The notes beneath the pieces were generated by a model that saw only the letters and a list, made by a program, of their open reading frames with translations, made no database searches and was not told where the DNA came from. A DNA stretch of 64,000 nt from Candidatus Poribacteria bacterium (GTDB lineage: Bacteria > Poribacteria > WGA-4E > PCPOR2b): contig OZ242351.1 in assembly GCA_965208675.1 (NCBI GenBank), positions 1,120,001 through 1,184,000 on the forward strand, in the 5' to 3' direction. The number at the start of each line of letters is the position of its first letter. Position 1 is the first letter of the stretch. The position numbers were made by a program, and so were the translations under genes. Positions 56,844 to 64,000 of this stretch are shown here, piece after piece.

Positions 56844-57593
56844 ATGCGGCTTGCAAACAAAGTTGCCATAATCACCGGAGGCGCCTCTGGAATCGGACAA
56901 GCAACCGCCCTTCTGTTTGCGAAGGAAGGAGCGAAGATTGTCGTGGCAGATTTAAATGAGGAAGCCAGCCATGAAACCGTAGAGAGCATCCGAGTTGCGG
57001 GAGGCGAAGCAGTTAACGTCCGCACCGACGTAACCTCAGCGAAGGAAGTTGAAGAGATGGTGCAATCTACGCGCGGCGTTTACGGCAAACTTGATGTGCT
57101 GTTCACCGGCGCCGGAATCGCAATGCGCCTTCCCGTCGTGGATTTGCCGGAGGAAGAATGGGATCGATGCATCGCTATCAATTTGAAAGGGATTTATCTC
57201 TGTTGCAAATACGCAATCCCTGAATTAATCAAGAACGGCGGGGGTTCAATTATCAATGTGTCGTCAATTTACGGAATTGTTGGATCCAAGAACCGTGCCG
57301 CTTACCTCGCCTCCAAAGGCGGTGTTGCGAATCTGACACGCGGTATCGCGCTTGACTATGCCGCCGACAACATTCGGGCAAACTGTATCTGTCCCGGTTT
57401 CACTGACACTCCGCTTGTTCGAAGCATCGTAAAAACACAGGAAGAATACCAATCTCTTGCAGAACAACACCCGATTGCCCGTCTCGCCACCCCGCAGGAT
57501 ATAGCCTACGGCGCATTGTACTTGGCGTCGGACGAAGCTGCTTTCGTTACCGGAATTACCTTGCCAATTGACGGCGGGTATACGGCGGGATAA
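56844..57593 (+). CDS. Short-chain dehydrogenase/reductase
   Basis: TGGASGIG, YLASK (YxxxK), NCICPG, DGGYTA. Confidence 0.93.
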   Translation: MRLANKVAIITGGASGIGQATALLFAKEGAKIVVADLNEEASHETVESIRVAGGEAVNVRTDVTSAKEVEEMVQSTRGVYGKLDVLFTGAGIAMRLPVVDLPEEEWDRCIAINLKGIYLCCKYAIPELIKNGGGSIINVSSIYGIVGSKNRAAYLASKGGVANLTRGIALDYAADNIRANCICPGFTDTPLVRSIVKTQEEYQSLAEQHPIARLATPQDIAYGALYLASDEAAFVTGITLPIDGGYTAG

Positions 57594-57607
57594 ATTCACC
57601 GCGCTCC

Positions 57608-60472
57608 ATGCGTCGCACCTACATGAGGGAATGGCCGAAAATGAAATTTTGGTCAAAGCTATGCTATGTCGCGTTTCTCGCCTTGTTAATTAACAGCACT
57701 TACAAGATAAGCTTCGGAGAACCGACAAAATTCTACATTGCGAACGGGTTAATTCACATTCTCCTTGGGGTTGCCTTGATTATCCCGTTCGTCCTCTACG
57801 CGTGCAGGCATTTCACCGCTTTGACTGCTGTTGGAAAAAGCGCGGTGGTCTTGCTTGGGCTAGGTGCAGTTTCGGGCGGTTTCTTGATGAAAGTCGGCGC
57901 GACGACACCCTATCGTTGGCTGCTCACACTCCACATTATCACCGTGACGCTCGGCACGATTCTGTTTATCGGCGACCTGTTCTACCGCTCAAGACTGCAC
58001 GCCGCTACGATTCAATTCAAGAAGGCAGCGAACACGGGAGTAGTTGTCCTCGGAATCGTCTTGCTTTTTCCATTCGCAGCGAGAATTGTCCAGCATTACC
58101 TGCCAAACCCGGACTACCTCGTTCAGAATCCGCTGTCCCCGCCAACCAGCATGTATGAGGAAGGGGGCGGAACTGACGGGCCATTTTTCCCCGGCTCCGT
58201 CGAAACATTCTCCGGCGATATTATCCCGACTGACTTCTTCCTAACATCTGACTCCTGCGCCGAGAGCGGGTGTCACCCCGACATCTATGAGCAGTGGAAC
58301 GAGTCGGCGCACCATTTTGCCTCCTTCAACAATCAGTGGTACCGAAAATCAATCATGTACATGCAAGATATGAACGGGATTCAGCCGTCCAAATGGTGCG
58401 GCGGTTGTCACGATCCCGCCATCCTGCTCAACGGCGTGATGGATTTTCCAATCCGTAAAAATTTGCACACCCCCGCCGCCCAAGCCGGACTCTCGTGTAC
58501 GGCATGCCATTCGATGGAGAAGGTGAAAGATACCATGGGCAACAATGGGTACATTATCAAATACCCGCCGCTGCATGACATCGCCGCAAGTGATAATCCA
58601 ATCGTCCGGAAACTCCATAATTACCTCATCCGCCTCGACCCGGAACCGCACAAAAAGAGCTTTCTCAAACCTTTCCATCGTGAAAACACCGCGGAATTTT
58701 GCTCGACGTGCCACAAAGTACACCTTGATGAACCCGTCAACAATTTCCGCTGGTTCCGCGGATTTAATGACTACGACCAATGGCAATCCAGCGGCGTTTC
58801 CCACCAGGGCGCGCTGTCGTTTTACTATCCTGAGAAAGCGAAGAAATGCACAGACTGCCACATGCCGCTTGTTGCCTCAAATGACGCTGGAAATATCAAC
58901 GGTAAAGTCCACAATCACCGGTTCCCGGGCGCAAATACGGCGTTGCCTTTAGTAAACAAACATGACGAGCAGCTCAAGTTAGTAACCGAATTTCTGCAAG
59001 ATAATCAAGTAACCGTCGATATCTTTGCGTTGAGTCCTGCGACGCCGATTCAAATTTACGGCGACCCTGGCGCCGCTGGCGGCCCCTCCGTCTTCAGTAT
59101 GACGGGGGAAGAGAGTGACAAAGGCCGAGCGGTTGGCACAGTGACAGACATTGCGAAGATTATTGCCCCAATTGACCAATCTAACGCAGCAGTCAATCGC
59201 GGCGATTCGGTTCGCGTTGATGTCGTCGTACGAACTAGAGGCGTAGGACACCGGTTCCCCGCCGGGACGATTGATGCTTTCGATGTCTGGGTGGAGTTGA
59301 AAGCCACCGACGAAAACGGCAAGATTCTCTTCTGGAGCGGGATGATTGAGGCAGAAGACGGAAACGGCCCTGTTGATGAAAGCGCGCATTTCTACCGCGC
59401 TTACATGTTGGATGAGCACGGAAACCTCATCAATAAGCGCAATGCGTGGGCAACTCGGACGGTTCTATACGCTCGCACCATTCCACCCGGCGCCGCTGAC
59501 ACGGTTCACTACAGGATATCCATTCCCGATGACTGTGGTGACAAGATTTACCTGCACGCAAAGCTAAATTATCGCAAATTCAACTGGTGGCATACCCAAT
59601 GGGCGTATGCAGGGGTTCGCGATCCTGACGACACCGATTATAAATTTGGTAAAGGGTACGATGATGGGCGCTGGGTATTTACGGGAGACACTTCGGATGT
59701 CGCTGGCAAAATCAAAGCCATTCCCAACCTACCAATCGTCGTGATGGCGGAGGACACAGCGTCGCTGAACGTAATTGACGCCGATGCCGCCCCGCCAGAA
59801 CCACAAATCATCGCTGGAGAAAACGACCGTGAGCGATGGAACGACTACGGCATCGGTCTCTTCCTCCAAGGTGATCTCAAAGGCGCCGAGGCAGTGTTCA
59901 AGAAAGTCACTGAGATTGATTCGGAATACCTAGACGGCTGGGTAAACATCGCGCGATGCCGCATTCGGGAGGGGAACATGAGTGGCGCAAACGAAGTGCT
60001 CAATAAGGCTTTTGAAATTCAGCAGAATTTGCCGCCTGAAAATCCGCATCGCGCAAAAGTGCATTACTTTTATGCATTAGTCAAAAAGGCATACGGCGAT
60101 TACGATGACGCAATCCATCAATTGCGGTTGGCGGCCGCGCAATTTCCGCGCGACAGAAAAGTGCGCAATGAAATTGGCCGTCTGCTGTACCTCCAACGCA
60201 AATATGAGGATGCACTAGTTGAATTTCAGAAAACCGTGGAGGTTAATCCAGAGGATTTGGATGCCCACTATAACATGATGCTCTGCTATCGCGCACTCAA
60301 GAATCAAGTTATGGCGGCAAAAGAAGAAAAGTTGTACCGGCGATTCAAGGAGGATGAAGCCGTCGAATCCATTACGGGACCCGTGCGCCGCACAAATCCT
60401 TTCGCCAATATAGAACGTCAACAGATTCACGAACACACATCCGCATGGAAAAGCGGCGCCGCCGGTTACTAA
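57608..60472 (+). CDS. Membrane-anchored multiheme c-type cytochrome with C-terminal TPR repeats
   Basis: N-terminal TMs; CGGCH, CTACH, CSTCH, CTDCH and an atypical CAESGCH; TPR-like helices from RWNDYGIGL onward; start uncertain (57608/57623/57641). Confidence 0.8.
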   Translation: MRRTYMREWPKMKFWSKLCYVAFLALLINSTYKISFGEPTKFYIANGLIHILLGVALIIPFVLYACRHFTALTAVGKSAVVLLGLGAVSGGFLMKVGATTPYRWLLTLHIITVTLGTILFIGDLFYRSRLHAATIQFKKAANTGVVVLGIVLLFPFAARIVQHYLPNPDYLVQNPLSPPTSMYEEGGGTDGPFFPGSVETFSGDIIPTDFFLTSDSCAESGCHPDIYEQWNESAHHFASFNNQWYRKSIMYMQDMNGIQPSKWCGGCHDPAILLNGVMDFPIRKNLHTPAAQAGLSCTACHSMEKVKDTMGNNGYIIKYPPLHDIAASDNPIVRKLHNYLIRLDPEPHKKSFLKPFHRENTAEFCSTCHKVHLDEPVNNFRWFRGFNDYDQWQSSGVSHQGALSFYYPEKAKKCTDCHMPLVASNDAGNINGKVHNHRFPGANTALPLVNKHDEQLKLVTEFLQDNQVTVDIFALSPATPIQIYGDPGAAGGPSVFSMTGEESDKGRAVGTVTDIAKIIAPIDQSNAAVNRGDSVRVDVVVRTRGVGHRFPAGTIDAFDVWVELKATDENGKILFWSGMIEAEDGNGPVDESAHFYRAYMLDEHGNLINKRNAWATRTVLYARTIPPGAADTVHYRISIPDDCGDKIYLHAKLNYRKFNWWHTQWAYAGVRDPDDTDYKFGKGYDDGRWVFTGDTSDVAGKIKAIPNLPIVVMAEDTASLNVIDADAAPPEPQIIAGENDRERWNDYGIGLFLQGDLKGAEAVFKKVTEIDSEYLDGWVNIARCRIREGNMSGANEVLNKAFEIQQNLPPENPHRAKVHYFYALVKKAYGDYDDAIHQLRLAAAQFPRDRKVRNEIGRLLYLQRKYEDALVEFQKTVEVNPEDLDAHYNMMLCYRALKNQVMAAKEEKLYRRFKEDEAVESITGPVRRTNPFANIERQQIHEHTSAWKSGAAGY

Positions 60473-60670
60473 ATTCCCCGCCGCCGTCCTACGAGACGCG
60501 AATCATCCCGCAATGGCGGCGGCATTTGGACATACGTGCCGACTTGAAGAGAAGCACCCTTCGCGCTCAACTCGAAACGAGAAAAAAATAAAAGAACTCG
60601 AGAACGACAGAATTGTCAGCGTCAGCTTTTATAATCTGCTGGTTATTGCATTCCAATTTAATGGAGGTCA

Positions 60671-61624
60671 ATGATGCTAAAAGTCGGCTTTATCGGCGCG
60701 GGCCGGCGTGCGCAGGGCGGCCATTACCCGTGCGTCAATCGCCTTGGCGGCGTCACGATTGAATCTGTCGCCGAACTCGACGAAAACCGAATGAAGCAGG
60801 TTGTGGAGACGTACAATATCCCGCGTACGTTCACCAACTATCTCACCATGCTCAATGAAGTAGACCTCGACGTGGTTTACATCATCATGGGCGAGACGCT
60901 TGTAACCCGCCCTGCCATTGACTGCATGAACGCGGGAAAGCACGTTTTTGTCGAAAAACCGCCGGGTGCGGACACTAATGAATCCCAAGACCTGCTAAAT
61001 GCCGCCGTTAGAAATAACGTCTACTGTATGGTGGGCTACCAACGGCGTTATACTGCATTAACCCAAGAAGCAATGCGGCGAGTTAAAGAAAAGGGACCTG
61101 CAACACTCGCGGTAGGAGAGTTTCACAAGCTGTTACGCGAGGGGCCAGGTGCCACCAGCACAATGTGGAATGATGCCTGCCACGTGGTGGATCTCGTGCG
61201 CTACATGGTCGCCAGCAGCGTCGTTGAAGTGCACGCCTACCAAGACAGCCACGCGTCAACTTGGCCGAATTGTTACAACGGTTTGATTCGATTTGCCAAC
61301 AATGCGGTTGGAATCGTCACGGCGAACCGTGCGTCTGGAGCCAGGTACTTGCGTGCAGAACTGCATGGGCTAGGTGTTGCCGCTTATATGCAGTTACCGG
61401 AACGAATGGAAATTTACGAAGACAACAGCGGTCCTGAAATCTTAACGGGCGCACAAATCTGCGGTACAGATCCTTGCAACGCAATACGCTATGAAGGCAC
61501 ATTGGAAATGCACTCACATTTTGTCCAGTGTATTCATAACGGCGCGACGCCCTGCAGCGATATACGCGATGTCATACAAACATCACACCTCGTTGACCAG
61601 TTGGAGGGGCTGACACACTCATAA
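60671..61624 (+). CDS. Gfo/Idh/MocA-family oxidoreductase
   Basis: KVGFIGAG, GKHVFVEKP, VGYQRR, DACHVVD; GGAGG SD. Confidence 0.9.
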   Translation: MMLKVGFIGAGRRAQGGHYPCVNRLGGVTIESVAELDENRMKQVVETYNIPRTFTNYLTMLNEVDLDVVYIIMGETLVTRPAIDCMNAGKHVFVEKPPGADTNESQDLLNAAVRNNVYCMVGYQRRYTALTQEAMRRVKEKGPATLAVGEFHKLLREGPGATSTMWNDACHVVDLVRYMVASSVVEVHAYQDSHASTWPNCYNGLIRFANNAVGIVTANRASGARYLRAELHGLGVAAYMQLPERMEIYEDNSGPEILTGAQICGTDPCNAIRYEGTLEMHSHFVQCIHNGATPCSDIRDVIQTSHLVDQLEGLTHS

Positions 61625-61684
61625 CCATGTTGTCAGTTTGGTTTACAGCCGTTCAATAACCTCTATTCAAGCGATAATGAAGCC

Positions 61685-62485
61685 TCAAACCAAGTATTTC
61701 CCGGGCGTTCTGGTGCGCTCATATTCAGCTTCAGGATCGCGTCGGAGGATAGCCTCCGGCACCTCATCGGTCCAATACTTGGGCGCGGTGCACGGGCGAT
61801 CGTGCCATCCTAGCAACAGCGTGCGCCGCTGTGTACTGCGGTTACCACGCGCTGCATGCAGCACGCGCCCCTCACCAATGACCAGAGAACCTGCGGTCGC
61901 CGGCACATCAATGGCGTCGGGATGGTCGTAAAACATGTGCGGATCGCTCTCTGAAACGTAATATGCCCCTTGGTCGTGAGCCGGCGTCAGGCGGTCGTGC
62001 AGCGGAATGCGATTGAGATGCGTCCCGGGAATCACTCGAAAACACCCGTTTTCGACGCTCGTATCCACCAGATAATAGGATAGGAATATATACTGTACCC
62101 ACGGCGCCGTGCTTATCGGGTCGTTCCAGCGCATCCAGTCTTGGTGCCAATAGAGCGGCGGCGCAGCCGGTGGTTTACTGAGGATAATGAAGCCGCCGTG
62201 GGAATAGAAATCGTCCAGCTGCATTGCATTTAGCACCTCCCACGTCGGCTCCCAGTGAATTAACCGATCGATTACCGGTTCCGCAGTGCCCCGTACCGAC
62301 AAATCAGAACCCTGGTACTTCCATTCCGGAGGGTGTTCTACGGAGTCAAGTAACCGGTCTGTCTCCCGCCGCAACTCTTCAAGAAAATCCTCGGACAATA
62401 CATCCTCCACCACGCAGTACCCATCCTTGATTAACTGGTTGCGCTTCTCAAGCGCGGTATCAGGTTCCACGATAACCGGGTTCAC
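61685..62485 (-). CDS. Phytanoyl-CoA dioxygenase (PhyH)-family protein
   Basis: LIKDGYCVV, LYWHQD, ENGCFRVIPGTH, LHAARGN.S..RR. Confidence 0.88.
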   Translation of the reverse strand: MNPVIVEPDTALEKRNQLIKDGYCVVEDVLSEDFLEELRRETDRLLDSVEHPPEWKYQGSDLSVRGTAEPVIDRLIHWEPTWEVLNAMQLDDFYSHGGFIILSKPPAAPPLYWHQDWMRWNDPISTAPWVQYIFLSYYLVDTSVENGCFRVIPGTHLNRIPLHDRLTPAHDQGAYYVSESDPHMFYDHPDAIDVPATAGSLVIGEGRVLHAARGNRSTQRRTLLLGWHDRPCTAPKYWTDEVPEAILRRDPEAEYERTRTPGKYLV

Positions 62486-62572
62486 CCTCTCATTCTGATG
62501 TTAGCGAAGCATCTCACGCGCCCTATACCAACTAAACTGTCAATTACTGTCTGATGTGATAGTTATGGATAA

Positions 62573-64000
62573 TTATTCGCGGGATTCGCTGTCGGAATCC
62601 TCTGATTTTCCGGCTTGAATGATTCGGTGCGCAAAGCCGCCGGGGGCGCAAAATTCTCGCATGTCTTGCCCGAACAACGCCGGCGGCACCGCCCATATTG
62701 CCATACCAAAGTAATCGTCGCAAGCGCGCGGCACTGCGCCGTCCGTCTTGAAGAAACCTTGCGGAAAATCCCACGCAAAAAGGTGTTCTAGCACCAAGTT
62801 GCGGAGCATCTGCTCCATGATTTCCGCCGCCGCTTCGGGACGCCCCTGATAAGCGAATTCCGCTGAAAGCAATGCGTTGTGTGACGGAAATATACCTTCT
62901 GAATCCACCGACCCGGTGCTATCAATTGACCCATCCGGACGCATTGAGTTCGCGGCGCCTACCGCTACCGGTTTAACGCACAGCCGTTCAATGGTATCCA
63001 GCGCGGCGTTCAATCGGTCCGCAGGAAACACCTCCGGCAGTCCGAGGAGCGCGCAATTGAAAGACCCTTCCAACTGGTAGGAAAAAACGGTATCCGATCG
63101 GTATTCAGTGCCCGGTGCGTTATACGTATAGTAGGATTGCGCATCCGCATTCCACAAAGTCTCCTCCATCGCCCGGCTTCCCCGGCCAATCCAATCCCGG
63201 CACGTCTCGGCGAACGTTCTGTCGCCAAGGTGCTCCGCCATTCGCTCAGCAACTCTCAGCGCACATAGCCAATGCCCCGCCGTATACGACGCGTTGCCGC
63301 GCCAATCCCACGAATCGTAAGGCTGGCCCCGCGGAGCGGTAATCGGATCATATGAAACCAACCCGTCATCGTAGACTGACTGGGTCATGTGCAACCGCAT
63401 GGCGCGCTTGATAGTCGGATAAAATTCATGCACCACATCATTATCGCCAGTCCCCTGCCACAGCCGATCCACCATTTCAGTAAACAGGAAGCCGTTAACC
63501 AACGGGTGCGCGTAAGCAGGCATGTCGTGCTCATTTATGCCGAGTTGCAACGGTATCCGGCCGTCATCCAGTTGATATGCCGCTATCGCGCGAAGTGTTC
63601 CTCGCCTTAGTTCGGGGAAAAAATAGGTGATCGCAAAATCGCCCCAAACGGCTTGACAGATGACTTCTCGCAGCGGCATCGTCCGCGCAGCTTCAACAAG
63701 GGTTAGCAGCCCGTCTCGCGGATCCGCGCCCGGTAGGCGTATGTATGAACTGTCCTTAGTAATCAGGTGAAGGATGTTCACGAGTGCGTCGCGCAAGTAA
63801 TCCGGCAATGTCTCTTCGGAATAGATTTCCTGCTGCCAAGCGAGCACATTCGACAGCAAGGACGAGTGTTCATTCGCTAAGTGTTGGGCAACCTCAAGCG
63901 GACTCTTATAATGTGTATGGTACATGTTGATTGTACGAGTCTTTGGCCAATACGGTGCGTACCAAGACAGCACAAACCGAACTGTTTTCGTTTGGCCCGG
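62573..64000 (-). CDS. GH116-like glycoside hydrolase (non-lysosomal glucosylceramidase family), 5'-truncated by window end
   Basis: Frame is open to the window edge (PGQTKTVRFVLSWY); LPDYLRDALVN, YFFPEL, QPYDSW...SY..G.W..AL, YFGMAIW. Confidence 0.7.
   Translation of the reverse strand, partial: PGQTKTVRFVLSWYAPYWPKTRTINMYHTHYKSPLEVAQHLANEHSSLLSNVLAWQQEIYSEETLPDYLRDALVNILHLITKDSSYIRLPGADPRDGLLTLVEAARTMPLREVICQAVWGDFAITYFFPELRRGTLRAIAAYQLDDGRIPLQLGINEHDMPAYAHPLVNGFLFTEMVDRLWQGTGDNDVVHEFYPTIKRAMRLHMTQSVYDDGLVSYDPITAPRGQPYDSWDWRGNASYTAGHWLCALRVAERMAEHLGDRTFAETCRDWIGRGSRAMEETLWNADAQSYYTYNAPGTEYRSDTVFSYQLEGSFNCALLGLPEVFPADRLNAALDTIERLCVKPVAVGAANSMRPDGSIDSTGSVDSEGIFPSHNALLSAEFAYQGRPEAAAEIMEQMLRNLVLEHLFAWDFPQGFFKTDGAVPRACDDYFGMAIWAVPPALFGQDMREFCAPGGFAHRIIQAGKSEDSDSESRE

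Noticed and set aside
1-64000. tRNA-Sec/sel genes, rRNA, tRNA, and the many short antisense ORFs in the track
   Set aside because: No RNA genes or sel genes were recognisable by eye (tRNAscan-SE/Infernal needed). The short ORFs overlap well-supported genes on the other strand or frame and lack motifs.

Overview
Bacterial chromosomal DNA, about 48-50% GC by eye. The host is probably Ca. Poribacteria or a relative; this is inferred from the many PD40/TolB-like proteins ending in a 'K-L-x-T-T-W-G-x-x-K' tail, the PhyH dioxygenases and a GH116. Layout: (1) 1-6.5 kb accessory region with an IS5 end, two SHOCT membrane proteins, a PhyH dioxygenase, a TnpI-like tyrosine recombinase with its apparent recombination site, and an IS3 element; (2) 6.7-20.8 kb tandem array of seven exported TolB/PD40 beta-propeller genes plus a lipoprotein, all sharing a C-terminal motif; (3) nitroreductase and a flavoprotein disulfide reductase; (4) a long minus-strand core run: rsmH-ftsL-ftsI-murE-hydrolase-murF-ddl-mraY, lnt-prfB-lysS-lolE-lolD-ilvE-bamA-skp-lpxD, an archaeal-type ether-lipid gene cluster (UbiA, DGGGP synthase, ferredoxin, geranylgeranyl reductase, GGGP synthase), then CIRCE-hrcA-grpE-dnaK-dnaJ; (5) SDR, multiheme-TPR protein, Gfo/Idh/MocA, PhyH and a partial GH116. 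Top finding: the ORF track splits the geranylgeranyl reductase in two, but it is one reading frame (29117-30310). An in-frame TGA falls at the conserved active-site Cys (PVR-[TGA]-AEG) and is followed by a bacterial SECIS-like hairpin. This makes it a candidate selenocysteine-containing, archaeal-type lipid reductase in a diderm bacterium. No database searches were run; all family calls come from motif recognition.
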